This document shows, piece after piece, positions 23,601 to 37,351 of a stretch of DNA of 64,000 nt. Each line of letters opens with the position of its first letter. Position 1 is the first letter of the stretch. The position numbers were made by a program, and so were the translations under genes. The DNA comes from Octopus vulgaris (taxonomy: Eukaryota). The notes under the pieces were generated by a model, which worked only from the letters and a program-made list of their open reading frames with translations, had not been told where the DNA came from and made no database searches. The DNA is taken from assembly GCA_951406725.2 (NCBI GenBank), contig OX597817.1:80228001-80292000 (forward strand), read 5' to 3'.

Positions 23601-24704
23601 TCCTGTTATGCGGAGCCCAGTTATAAGACAAATTTGAAAGTAGAATGCAAAGAGCTGAAATACGTACTAGAAAACAAACATCACGGCCAACTCTCTATCA
23701 ATTCCGGCAATCCGCCACATTGGACTGAAACTTACAAACAAAATGACGAAAGCTGAAGCGAACATTGGCTGAATATTAACACTTACAGATAGATGATCTA
23801 ACGTTCTGCTTGTTCGCCACCTTCAATATACTACTCTCTAAGATTAGATTAATGTTATACATTTTCGTGAAGATCTTTGGGAAATATAGTAAGATTCACA
23901 GATAGCGTTCCTGTATTATTATAGTGTAATTGGCTCTGTCAGTAGAGTAATAGACAACAAACGAAGATGCTGGTATTTCATATCCTGTTACAATCTCAGT
24001 ACTTTATCATCAGTGATCAAGATGTTTCCCGTTCAAACATTTCGACTCAACAAGCTGTAAGAAATGTGCAATAAAATAGGCAGGATATAAGACGTTTTTC
24101 CATAGCCCTTTTGGTGCCGCCTTTTAGGGGTCGCTGATTCAGTGATGACTCATCTGACATCAGACGTTTTTTAATGGTTCTCTCGTTCTCTCATTGTGTG
24201 TGTGTGTTTATGCGCTTGAGCATATTTTCCTTTATCCCTTATCCTTGGTACGTGTATGAGGGGAAATATTGTGTTTATGCCAATCATGTTAAAAAAATCT
24301 GTAATGTTTCCCTCTCTCTCTGTCTCTTTTCTCTCTCTTTCTCTCTTTCTATTTATCTATCTAACTATCTATCTGTCTATCTCAGTATATTTCTGCGCAT
24401 GCATGTCTATGTGTGCCTCCATTCGCAGAAAGTACTGACGTCTAAATCGGTTGAATATCCAATCAACCGCGTGAAATCGTCAGTGTCAAGATAGCTGCCC
24501 ACCAATCGTTTCACTCGCAAATAGGAAATAATCGCCTTCTACAAGTGATGGTGGTTTTGACAGCTTACTGTTAGTAAGGGTCACGAATATATTCTATAAA
24601 CACAACTTAAAAATTAAAATGTATATGGTTTCCCTAATATCCAGTGGGTCAAAAAGCAGAATGAATTAATATTCCATGATATATTGAGACTTAGCGTTCT
24701 TTTA

Positions 24705-24896
24705 TCTTTTACTTGTCTCAGTCATTAAACATCCACCATGCTGGGGCACCGCCTTAAGAAATTTTTATCGAATGAATCAACTCCATGAATTATTCTTAAA
24801 GATTTACACACAGATTTCCAAGTGGTGGTGGGGGACACAAAGACACAAAGATACATACTCACACACACATTTATCTCTATATATAAAAGGCAGGAT

Positions 24897-24945
<49 letters not shown>

Positions 24946-25335
24946 CGTGTGCGTGTGTACGTGAATGTAATTTATGCACGTCCACAAATTAGCACGCACG
25001 TCGCTCCAATTTTAGGAGGACATTCGTCATGATCCTAGCTGTATTTTCGTCAACCTATTTTTATCAGAGGCACTAGCGAATAGCAATATAAATAAATTTT
25101 CAACCAAAACTTTTAACAATATTCAAGTCGAAGAAATCACCATTGTTTTCAAACAGGAGTTAAGTCCCCTTCTAGGGACGAGTAACTTTTGTTGTTTTTA
25201 TTCCATCGAGGAAAAAGTGTTTTGTTGATATACGGGTAACACACACACACACACACGCACACATACACGAACATGCATGCGTACCAAAACATGTATGCAA
25301 TAGGTATATGTACATACTTATGTGTGTGTGTGTTG

Positions 25336-25377
<42 letters not shown>

Positions 25378-25496
25378 AATTTGAACGGATTTCGCCCAAA
25401 TTTGACGTCGATGTTACTTTGTTTGGTTTGAAATAAAGAACTTGATTAGCTTAATAATCCTAACTTAATCCTGGGTAAAGCCGGGTTATACTGCTA

Positions 25497-25543
<47 letters not shown>

Positions 25544-25700
25544 GCTTCTTTCAGTTTCCATCTACCAAATCCCCTCACAATTCTTTGGCCGGCTCGAGGC
25601 TATAGTAGAAGACACTTCTTCAAGGTAAGACGCAGTGAGATTGAACATGGAACCATGTGGTTGGGAAGCAAACGTCTTGCCACACAGTCACTCCTGTGCC
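24705..25700 (-). mobile_element. SINE family A in two pieces (3' half 24705-24870, 5' half 25538-25700) separated by ~670 bp of inserted DNA
   Basis: Both halves are on the minus strand in the correct order and join microsatellite tracts. Confidence 0.7.
25340..25497 (+). mobile_element. Non-autonomous Helitron-like element, 3' end
   Basis: Subterminal hairpin cctgggtaaagccggg then CTAG (25494-25497) before T; internal gaacggattt..aaatttg motif. Confidence 0.65.
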
Positions 25701-26428
25701 CATAGACCGTATAGATAATGTAAGTTTAAGCAAAAGCACAACTGATCTTCCAGTTTCAATACTAGTAAAGCTCTACTGCTTTCAGCGAGCTAGCGAAGCA
25801 TATTTTGTAATCTTTAATTAAGCAGGCGTTGATATATTTCATGCAGGAAACGTAGGAAAATGCTAACGGGAAATGTTACTTGGTGAAGCACAATCAGACT
25901 GAACTTTAGCCTAATATTATTTTGATACATTGGAAAATCTACGAGACAACTCATAATATGTTTCGGCCAGATTATAACTCCTCAGCGAATCGTACATTTC
26001 GTCATAGCTACCGAAGTAGAGATGTAAGAATAACTATGTAAATTCTCACAAATTTGTACACTGGCTTGGTATGAAAAATATCAACCATCAGCGAAGAAAT
26101 CATTCCTTAGTCTGTACTATTTCGCTGTTTATGTTTCATGTTACTCCTATTGACAGCTGGAAATGACTGTATTTACCAGTGTTAAGATAAAAGAGAAACA
26201 GTAAACCACACGCTGCGTTCTTAGTGTGAGGGCTCTCGGTGTTTGAGCTACACATACACACATTGACATACAAGGTGCAGAGAGAACACATGCAAACGCT
26301 TCCATCATTCTCCGAGTTCCATTATAGAGTTATGCCTCCTTCTTCATTTTCCCTTTTTCTGATTCTTCTTTCCTCAATAACATCCGTCAAGCTTTCTCTT
26401 TACATGCATATATATGTATGTATATATG

Positions 26429-26513
<85 letters not shown>

Positions 26514-27534
26514 GTAAGTATGCATGTATGTATGTGTATATATATATATATATAGATATGTACACACATACATATACGTATATATTTATATACATATACA
26601 CACACAAGCATATCTATATATATATATATATATGTATAATATTTGTATGTTTATCCATATGTATTTCTGTTATTGTTGAGAAAAGTGTTAAATTGCCAAA
26701 CTAAACATACGGTATATGTCTTGAAATGACTTCTGAAGTTTCCCTGATGTGATTTCTAAACTTTCCCCATAACAAATGTAATTGAGATGCAAACAAATTA
26801 GCTTTATATACTGTATATTTCTATTCATTCTTTACTTTTGCAACCTCTTTCTCTACTTTTCTTACTTTTTTTTTCTCCCTTCTGCTGTCTCTGTTGTTTT
26901 CTTGCTTGTCAAAATATTGTCATGTTCCACAGGAACATTCATAAATTACTACCACCTAGTTAGCAGAGATATTAATGAAAAAAATAAAAGACACAGAGCG
27001 AGAGAGGGAGAAAAGAAACAAAACGTTTCGAAAATATAGGGAGCACAGCAACAACTGATGGTCTTCCACTGCATGTATCTAGCTGACACATGGGAAAAAT
27101 CAAATGCATCAATCCAACGGAACAAGAATAGATAGTGATAAATAATACGAGAATAGCATAACTTCGAACATCGATCTTGAAAACAATTAATTCACAGAAG
27201 AGAACTCACACAAGTAGTGCAGACGATAAATAAATAATGTAAAACAAAAATGAATAAAAGCGCAATAAATCTCTACCTGGAATATTTTTCTTTTGAGCGG
27301 TGGCAAAAGCCTAAAACAAATCAGTCCAGACAGCTGAAGTACAAATCCTATAATGGCTTAAGCATTTTAGAAAAGAAATGTTTAATTGATGTCTTTAGAA
27401 GCCAAACTAGTATTTCCACTTGTGATTGTCAGGTAAAAATGAAAGCTCAATTTTAAAGATGTAATTACTATTTAACATGGCACTTTGAAAGATTAATGAA
27501 TGGATATGGTGGTTAGTCCACATTTTTCCGTAAG

Positions 27535-27760
27535 GAGCTTAGGGTCGATTTCCCTGGTTCCCTGCCCAGGTGCATATATTCCTCCCTGAATGGTACACCG
27601 ATCCGTTGTAGAATTATTTGTTTTACCAGCTAGGTGGACTATAGCAGCGTGAAATGAAGTGTTTTGCTAAGGAACACAGCGCTTCACCTAGACCAGGATT
27701 CGAAACGATAATCTTACAATCGTGAATTCAAAATACTAACCACTTAGCCATACGCCCCCA
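27535..27760 (-). mobile_element. CORE-like SINE, F-type head with C-type tail, diverged
   Basis: tRNA-like head (reverse of ctaaccacttagccatacgcccc), CORE-like segment, tail like ..acggaccggcgtcccgtccagg..gggaaa. Confidence 0.65.
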
Positions 27761-28429
27761 CAATTAATATGGTGCTAAGTTTAAGCTGTATGGAACCTTA
27801 CCTCGTAGTCATTTATTTTGCTTGTCAAGGGGATTTGAGATATATAATTTTGTCTGTTATATACATACATGCATGCATATATACATGTGTGTGTGTATAT
27901 GTATGGTATGTGCTTATTTATGTAAGATGATGATGGTGGTAATGGTGGTGGTGGTGGTGGTGATAGTGGTGGTGGTGGTGGTGGTGTTGGTATTGGTGGT
28001 GGTGGTGGTGGTGGTAGTTTTCCACACGTGACCGAGGAATGGCATCACGCAAAATGCTAACAATGCACCTGCAAGGGATTATTGTAACCGCAGTCGGCCT
28101 CACCCAGGTTCGCCTCCGCTGCATCCATGCTCACCGCGACACCCTCTAATTCGAGCGGGCGTCTTATAGTTAGTTGTCTTGATAGTGATTGCATGACCCA
28201 AAATTTTAGGTTCAAAAAGCCTTGCAAAACATCTCACATATCCTCTCCACTCTATTGACATTATCCAGAAACAATCCAGGGCAAGATATCCAATATCAAT
28301 AAGCGTCGCATACTCAGGAATATGGGATCACCATGATCTCAAGTGCAAGTAAAAGATCCCCAAAACCTTCAATGCTATTCCGTGCATATCTGATTTTATA
28401 TGTTAGAGTGACATTTTCCATAAGACATG

Positions 28430-28910
28430 CTTTAGCAAAAGAAATACAAGATGGTGTGTGTCTTCAACATTCAGACAGGCAGAGTAATAGAAGCAAGAAG
28501 GCATGATTTAGTAGTTGTAGATAAAGAGAATAGAAAATGCCAGGTAATTGACTTTACAGTCCCAGATGAGGAAAAAATCAATATAGAAGGTAGAGAAAAA
28601 ATATAAAAGTTCAAGGAACTAGCCATTGAATTACAGATACTATGGAAATTGTGGGTAAAATGTATCCCAGTAGTTATAGGTGTACTAGGAACAATCCCCA
28701 GATATTTGAACAGCTGAATAGAGGATATAGGCATAAACCTATTTCCTCTATCCTTCTGTTCAAACCCAGTTTAGTACAGCTCCAGAAAACAGTATTATTA
28801 GGGACAGCTAGGATACTAAGGAGGGTTCTTGGCCTCTAAGGTTACTTGTTGTAGCCCAATGTTAGAACTTTTTTCATTTCCAACAGTTTCACCTGTTATG
28901 TGCGTATGAA

Positions 28911-28912
<2 letters not shown>
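28430..28912 (+). mobile_element. R4/Dong-like non-LTR retrotransposon 3' end (RLE domain) with (TAA)n tail
   Basis: FNIQTGRVIEARRHDLVVVDKENRKCQVIDFTVP..EKI*KFKELAIELQILW..IPVVIGVLG..LQKTVLLGTARILRRVLGL* (stop at 28839), ~70-bp 3' UTR, then (AAT)n. Confidence 0.88.
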
Positions 28913-28994
<82 letters not shown>

Positions 28995-29157
28995 AAGAAG
29001 GACAAAAAGAAGAAGGACAAGAAGAAGAAGAAGAAGAAGAAGAAGAAGAATGGTTTCAAATTTTGGCACAAGGCCAGCAATTTCCGCGAGGGTTAAGTCG
29101 GTTACATTGACCCCAGTACTCAAGAAGAAGGAAAAGAAAATAGAAAAAGAAGAAGAG

Positions 29158-29214
<57 letters not shown>

Positions 29215-29445
29215 ATAGTAGTAGTAGTAGTAGGTGAGTAAAGGAAGGAAGTAAACGACGGGATATAATATCGAAAGAGAAATTTCTTTTATTGTTCCAT
29301 AAAAGTTGTATTATGTCTTTTAATGAAATTTTAAATATTTAACGAGTATAACTACCTTCGTGAAATAGACTGGAATAAGATAGACGCACACACACACATA
29401 CACACACACATATATACATGTATGTATGTAAAGAGAAAGAGAAAC

Positions 29446-29516
<71 letters not shown>

Positions 29517-29619
29517 ACTGATATATAGATAGATAGGTAGGTAGATAGATAGATAGATACATACATACATAGATAAAACGTATTTACATACACACATAAG
29601 CAAACTACCATGCATATAT

Positions 29620-29678
<59 letters not shown>

Positions 29679-29929
29679 CCCCTGCTTGTTTGTGTGTGTG
29701 CGAGCGTATGTGTTTGTGTGTGTTTGTATGTGTGTGTGTGTATGTTTGTGTGTGTGTCTGTGTATGTATTTGTGTGTCTCTGCGTGTGTGTGTGTCTGTA
29801 TTTGTGTTTGTCAGTGCGTGCTCGAGCGCACGTATAAATATTTAGAGCGAGAAAAAGGAATTACTCAATACTGATATTATAGTTATATATGAAACTGAAC
29901 TGAAATTTTAAACTTTCCAGAATGTTACT

Positions 29930-30500
29930 ATGCAATTCTTGTACTGGTTCTTCGAAAGATTTTGAAAACGGAAGCATAACAATTTGTTTAGGAGCCATAG
30001 AATGAAGGTACTTGAATACCTAGTCAATGTGAAATTGGATATAATCTAGATAAGATAGTATTATTTGCTGAGCATATAAAAGTTTTATAGAAATTGAATA
30101 GAGAAGTCTGGAGGATTAACTAGCGCTTAGAGAGGAGAAGAAATGTTAAGAGATGAGTAAAAGATAGAAAAGGATAAAGGAATCTTTGAACATATTCATA
30201 TTTTGGCAATAATAAACATATAGAAAGAACACACCACACCTTCGCACAAATTCATACAAAGACCACGCGTGTATATATTCAGTTGTATGTAGTACACTTT
30301 ATGTGGTACACTTTATGTGGTACACTTTATCAACTATTTTCGAGTCAACTTTCACTAGAATATATAAAGACAGACTCGATTCCATTAAAACATTTCTTCT
30401 GTAATTGAATGAAGTGGATAGCACTTACGGAACAAAATGTTACGTAAACACTCGAAACATGTGTATTAAATGTATAGTAAATGCGTGACTAATTGTTGCG
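29930..30500 (+). mobile_element. Possible highly decayed Penelope-like 3' end
   Basis: cactcGAAACATGTGTA at ~30451-30467 matches the hammerhead 3' half at 12.3 kb; core and ORF eroded. Confidence 0.25.
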
Positions 30501-32047
30501 TATGTGCGACACTCTTCACTCGATCATAAATGAAATACATTGTTGGAATCGCATTTGCATTTAAATATACTATATACTACTAGACTCTGCTCAGAAAATA
30601 TCGGGTGAAGTGTATTGCACCAAGGCAGACTACTGAATATATACATGCCTGTGTGTGTATGTGTGTATGTGTGTGCGTGTGTATGTATACACACACATGC
30701 ATATATACATATACACACACATATATATATATACATATACAAATACGTATATATATATATATATATATGTATGTATATATATGTATATATATATGTATAT
30801 GCACTAACGCATCTAAATATATGTATTGTATATTTGGATGTGTACCGCTGAATCCTTCGCATCATGTTTTTATTTTGATCAATTTACTCCACCACCTACA
30901 CCACCAAACGGTATACACAGGTGCTTATAATTATCAAGTACTCACCCCGAATTTCTATATATACATATATATATATTGTATATATACATATATATATATA
31001 TACATACATATATGTATTGTATATATGTTGTATGTACGTATATGTATGTGCATGTATGTATGTGTATATACGTTTTTTATTTCATTTGATCATTATCTTC
31101 AAAATGCATTTACAAGGACGGTTTCTTTTAATCTTCTCTCTCATACATTTATACATATATATATATATATATATATTCATACACTCACATACACAAATAC
31201 AGTGATACACATATAAGTATGTGTGTGTACGCGCGCGTGTGTAATGAAATTTATATGAATATGAAAAAACAACACAAATCAGTAAACCTAAATGAAAGTA
31301 GGAGAATGTAAAATTTCAGTATAAAATGAAAATTAAAATGCAGGTGTGCGAGATAGCCTAACCGTACAAGAGATTTAACTCAGGAATATAATAATTAAAT
31401 TGTAAATATTTTAAATCTTTTGCGCAATCGTATGGACGGCGGATTCGTACTTTCGGGAAACATGAATTCAGCAAAAAGATAAGTGCAGAAAAATGTTCAT
31501 AATTTAATTTAGTAAAATAGATTCAAGAATTACAGTTTATTCTGATCTTATATTGTATTATACTAATGAACATTTAAATTACCAGTATAAGATTCTATGG
31601 AATAAACGTACTTGCTGATTATCTTCTAAACGTGACATATTCATTGGTGCTTCATATCATTAAAATATAACACACCTTAATAGTGACTTGACAGGTAGAA
31701 TTTAGTGTATACAATGACCTTATATTCCAATGCTGAGAATACAAGAGGAAACATCCTGTGGTATAATGCAACATTTACTTTAAATGTGAAAGCGAACACT
31801 ATAAAAAAAACGGTCGTGAGTTAAATTCTGTTTCATTTTTCCGATGATTCGTCGGACTCACCGATATCCTAAGATCCCAAACGCTATTTTAGTTCAGGAC
31901 GTGTCCTCGAGTGAAACAGTATATGTTTTTTTGGTATCTTCATTCTGGATAGAACCCAAACTCATACACAGAGATAGAGACAACCACACACGTATATAAA
32001 TATATGCATACAAACACGGATACACATTACATATATGTATGTGTGTG

Positions 32048-32110
<63 letters not shown>

Positions 32111-32111
32111 C

Positions 32112-32258
32112 AATAATCCTACGAAAGAATTTATAAACATTTAACGCATCGCTACGCACGTTTTCACATATCACATGATTTTTAAGATCACAGTCTGTAT
32201 TCCTGGAAACGCGCGTAGCGATGTATTAGATGTTTATAAATTCCATCCTAGGATTATT
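32112..32258. mobile_element. Small foldback/MITE-like element with ~52-bp imperfect TIRs
   Basis: aataatcctacgaaagaatttataaacatttaacgcatcgctacgcacgttt versus the reverse complement of 32207-32258. Confidence 0.75.
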
Positions 32259-32259
32259 C

Positions 32260-32491
32260 ATTTCTTTATAGTCCACAGGAGGGCTAAACGTAATGGGGAC
32301 AAACAAGGACTGACAAAGGGATTAAATTGATTACATCGACCCCAATGCGTAACTGGTACTTATTTAATGGACCCCGAAACGATGAAAGGCAAAATCGACC
32401 TCCGCAGAATTTGAACTCAGAACGTAACGGCAGACGAAATATCGCTTAGTATTTCGCCCGGCAAGTTAACAATTTTGCCGACTCACCGCCT
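32260..32491 (-). mobile_element. SINE family B, tail type 2
   Basis: Reverse complement of 36797-37010 / 55700-55871. Confidence 0.85.
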
Positions 32492-32973
32492 TCTTTTCTC
32501 CAGATATATAAGTCTGTCAAGTCTAGGAGAAAATTCTCGTCATAGATTAAGCGTACAACACGTTTGCTATCAAGTCCAGTAAAAAATGTTTTCTCTCAAA
32601 CTTCTCACTTACAAGACAAAGCAAATTTGAATCCTTTTAAAGCAATCTGCTTCTTTTCCCAGTTGGAATGATCATAACTTGCGTGTGACTCAACATGGTC
32701 TATTTTAACTAATAAAATAGTGCTTTTCGGCATAAAATAACGATTTTCTTTCATCCCACTACACTATTTGATTATGTTGATTTAATGTGGGTCTTAAGCG
32801 ACAATCGGCACTAGAAGAATATATTTGTGTCGGCAGCCGTCACATGATTTTATGAGATGTACCATGCTTTCGCTAATAGTTTTAGTTTCCTGTATAAAAT
32901 GAAAATCATAACTCATGACTTTCTCACTTTTGATCCGGGATGTGATGGCTGGATAGACAACAGCAGCTTCAGT

Positions 32974-33145
32974 GGAGGCGCAATGGCCCAGTGATTAGGG
33001 CAGCGGTTTCGATTCCCAGACAGGGCATTGGGAGTGTTTATTGAGCAAAACACCTAAGCTCCACGAGGATCCGGCAGGGAGGAGTGGTGAACCTGCTGTA
33101 CTCTTTCACCACAACTTTCTCTCACTCTTTCCTCCTACTTCTGCA
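32974..33145 (+). mobile_element. SINE family C' (tRNA-like head, 3'-truncated)
   Basis: ggaggcgcaatggcccagtg..tttcgattcccagac..cacctaagctccacgagg; like 56716-56900. Confidence 0.8.
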
Positions 33146-33426
33146 ACAAAGCAGAGGAACCATGGTATAACCCACTATGGTGTGGTAAACTTTCTGATTG
33201 TAGTCTAGATTGCGAATCCTCTGTACTCCAGGATGGTTCAGCTCTCCACCCGTTAAAAGCCACCGTTTACGGAAAGAGAATAACAACGTAGCTTTCGCGC
33301 CCGTGTTACCGCCAGCCTATCGTGGGTGGTGGGTGGATCTTCAAGTTGCCACACACATTCTTAGTAGCTTAGAATACGCTCGAATTAGAGATTATTCTTC
33401 GTGGTTAATGGCGTGAGTCCTGATTG

Positions 33427-33520
33427 GAAGAAGAAGAAGAAGAAGAAGAAGAAGAAGAAAAAGAAGAAGAAGAAGAAGAAGAACAAGAAGAAGAAGTGGA
33501 ACAAGAGGAAGAAGAAGAAG

Positions 33521-33551
<31 letters not shown>

Positions 33552-33661
33552 GGAACAAGAGGAAGAAGAAGAAGAAGAAGAAGAAGAAGAAGAAGAAGAA
33601 GAACAAGAAGAAGAAGAAGAAGAAGAAGAAGAAGAAGAAGAAGAAGAAGAAGAAGAAGAAA
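33427..33661. repeat. (GAA)n microsatellite with repeated variant units
   Basis: Directly visible; gtggaacaagag interruption occurs twice, 54 bp apart. Confidence 0.97.
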
Positions 33662-34134
33662 GACAGTAGCTTCACTAACAACTGAATAGTATTCATTTAC
33701 AGCTGTATGGACTGCAGCAACGTCGGGAAGTTAGGTGCCCCGCACAAAGAAAAAATACGCTGGTTCAGGGAGTGAACCCATGGCCTTGCAATCGTAAAAA
33801 AATACCCCCCTAACAACTAGACGAAGTGTCTTTCTGGTAGAATATTGTGTGTGTGTGTATGTGTGAATATGTCTGGTGTGTGCGTGATTGTGTGTGTGGT
33901 TTGTTTGTGTGTGTGTGTTTTTGTGTGTTGATGTGCTTACATGGATATCTATGGATATTCATTTATTTTCGCTCAATCTCCTGCTGTTTTGTATCATTGC
34001 TTGATTGGGACATTGCTCTCCATTTCTCCCCGGTTCCTGCCTGCTCCCTGTCTTTATATATCCATATATATATACATATACATACATACATACATACATA
34101 CATACATACATACATACATACATACATACATACG

Positions 34135-34197
<63 letters not shown>

Positions 34198-34429
34198 GGA
34201 GAGAGAGAGAGAGAGAGAGAAATAGACAGACAGACAGACAGACAGAAAGAAAAGAGAGAGAGAGATGGTAAAAAGAAAAAGTGATGCAGAGTAAGAGAGT
34301 AGGGGGAATGAGGTTTACAGACATATTTACAGATACGCACACGTACCATTTAGATATGCCTTCCTTCTTCTCTTTCTTCTTCTTCTTCTTCTTTGTCCAT
34401 ATCTCTCGCTCTGTCTCCCACATATACAC

Positions 34430-34435
34430 ACATGT

Positions 34436-34481
<46 letters not shown>

Positions 34482-35100
34482 CGGATTCCTCTGTATTTTT
34501 CCCTCATCTTCACCTTCCCCACTCTCTTCCTACGTTATTGATTCTCTATCAATGTCTGAAATCTCTTTCTGTTTGAGTCCAACTTTCTTATCTCTTTAAT
34601 TCCTAATTTCACTTTCAGAATCACCCTACCACAACCATCACCATCACCATCACCACCACCTTTATGTCTCTATTCCATTTTCTTACTTTCTTTCATAGCT
34701 CTCTCTCACTCTTCCTATCTCTCTGTTCACTCTCTCTTATATTGCTATCTTTCTTTTCTTCTGGTGAAAGTTCTATGTATTTCTTTCCTCTCTTGCTTTC
34801 TCCCTCTCTCTCTCTTTCTCTCTTTCTCTCTCTTTTCTCTCTCTCTCTCTCTATCTCTCACTCTCTGCTTTGTCCCGCTTATATTACTATCTTTCTTTTC
34901 CTCTCTTGCAAGTTCTATACATTTCTTTCCTCTCTGGCTTTCTCTCTCTATATCTCCCTTTCTCTCATATTACTTTCTCTCTTTACCCCCGTTTCTTCTT
35001 CTATGGATTTCCTCTCTCGACTCTTCTCTGTCTATCTCCCTCTATATTCCTCTCTCTCCCTCTCTCCTTCTCTCCTTATCTCTCTCCCTCCTCTCTCTTT
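34430..35100. repeat. (CT)n / pyrimidine-rich low-complexity tract
   Basis: Directly visible. Confidence 0.9.
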
Positions 35101-35824
35101 CCAGTCAATTATTGAAAGAAATCAGTGAAAATTTTGTTTTAATATTTATTATTCTATTATTTTTGGAAATTACATTTCATTATAAATTTTTTCTTTTCTA
35201 ATTCTATTTTTATCGCCATGTTTTTGCCTTCTTCCCTCTCAATGACAATTATATTCTTCTTTATCTGTTTAAAGACATAAAATTATTTGCAAATTTCTAT
35301 AATATGTGCTTTTGTCATTTGATGACAGCAAAAGCGAAAGGCAATTTTTTTGTCTTGTCTCTTCCTTCTATTTTACATTTTTAAGTAGAATTTTTATTAT
35401 TATTGACGCAGTATTTGTTGTTTTAATTGTTGCTCCAATTCAATGGCATGTTGCTCATAGCATACCTCTGTACTATTGTCGCCATCTTATTTCCATCTCA
35501 AGATGTCCCGATCTCTTTCTCTAGCATCTCTCTACCACTTTCCTTTCACGTACCAAGCCGTCCTCCTTTCAAACGCACTACCACAATCAACACCACCACC
35601 ACTTCCACCACCACCAACACCACCACTTCCACCGCCTCCCAACTCTCGTTATGTAACCTTTCAATGAACCTGCTCCTTTGCTCTCATGCTTTTGCATTCA
35701 TTCTGTCATTTTTTTCTACCAGTTTTCTAGCCCTCACATGTTTGTATCTCCTATAACATGACTAAACATTGCAGTGTAAAGACGGATGGATAGGCTGACA
35801 GAAAAATAGACAGACAGTAAAACT

Positions 35825-35858
35825 AGATAGAATAGAATAGAATAGGATAGATAGCTAT

Positions 35859-35947
<89 letters not shown>

Positions 35948-36012
35948 AAGGGTGGAACAGACGTAAACACAGACATACAGAAACAGAGGTAGATAGGCAT
36001 ACAGACAAACAT

Positions 36013-36045
<33 letters not shown>

Positions 36046-36065
36046 CAGACAGACAAACAGACATA

Positions 36066-36099
<34 letters not shown>

Positions 36100-36201
36100 T
36101 ACATATAGATAGAGAGAGAGATAGAGAGAGGAACAGACACATAATCACAGACAGACAGACAGACACAAGGGTAGTTAGGCAGACAGACACACATATCGAT
36201 T

Positions 36202-36280
<79 letters not shown>

Positions 36281-36330
36281 GGATGGATAGATAGATAGGG
36301 GGATAGACAGGTAGATAGATCGATATATAG
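35825..36330. repeat. (GATA)n/(GACA)n microsatellite region
   Basis: Directly visible. Confidence 0.95.
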
Positions 36331-36796
36331 TTAGAAAGAGAGAGAGACAGAGACAGACAACAGAGAGAGAGGGAGAATGCCCCAACCTGGTCTTAAACGT
36401 TATGGCTAAACAAAGTAAAGAACTAAAAAGCGATAGAGCAGTAAACCGAAGAAGAGTGTTAGATAAATAGAGAAATAAAGAGAGTGAGTTAGAGTTAGTA
36501 TGTGAGGCTTTAGTCAAGTGGAAGGAATATCCGTCCTATACTGTTTGGCTCGTTAAGCAGATGTCCAAGGAATTAATTAATCAATGATGACTGTGTATTG
36601 CAATCTCGATTGGAAAAATCAACTAACACAGCACTGGTACCACCGACTAACTGACCTGACCTGACCAAACAACAGAGCATGGTGGCCGTGGTGGTGAGGA
36701 TGTTAGTGAAGATTCTGGTATTGGTGATGATGGTGGATGTAGTGTTTTTGGTGATGAAAGGAGTGGTACTTTTTCTTTGGCGGTATTAGTAGTGAT

Positions 36797-37010
36797 AAGG
36801 CGGCGAGCTGGCAGAAACGTTAGCACGCCGGGCGAAATGCGTAGCCGTATTTCGTCTGCCGTTACGTTCTGAGTTCAAATTCCGCCGAGGTCGACTTTGC
36901 CTTTCATCCTTTCGGGGTTGATTAAATATGTACCAGTTACGCACTGGGGTCGATATAATCGACTTAATCCGTTTGTCTGTCCTTCCCTTGTGGGTAGTAA
37001 AGAAATAGGT
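36797..37010 (+). mobile_element. SINE family B (Meta-domain-like), well preserved, tail type 2
   Basis: aaggcggcgagctggcagaaacgttag..gagttcaaattcc..gaggtcgactttgcctttcatcctttcgggg..gtaccag; central block resembles the MetaSINE domain. Confidence 0.9.
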
Positions 37011-37030
37011 ATTAGTAGTGATGGTAAGGG

Positions 37031-37351
37031 AAGGTGCGTCGTTTAGTGGTTTGAGCATTTGGCTCACGATCGTAAAGACATGAGTTCGATTCCCTGCGGC
37101 GCGTTGCGTCCTTGAGCAAAACACTTTATACTCCGTTGCTCCAGTTCACTCAGCTGGCAAAAATTAGTAGTACCCGTAATTCAAAGGACCGGTCTTGTCA
37201 TATTTTGTCTCACACCGAATCTCTCTGAGAACTACGTTAAGGGCACGTGTGACCGTGGAGTACTCAGCCACTTGCACGTTAATGCCGCGGACAGGCCGTT
37301 CCGTTGATCAGATCAACTGGAAGTCTCGTCGTTGTAACCGACGGAATGCCA
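37031..37351 (+). mobile_element. SINE family F (tRNA-like head plus CORE-like domain), full length; tail fragment repeated at 37428-37513
   Basis: tttagtgg..gagttcgattccc..gcgtccttgagcaaaacactt..gttgctccagttcactcagctg. Confidence 0.85.

Noticed and set aside
33401-33696. Poly-E / poly-K / poly-F ORFs
   Set aside because: Translation of a (GAA)n tract.
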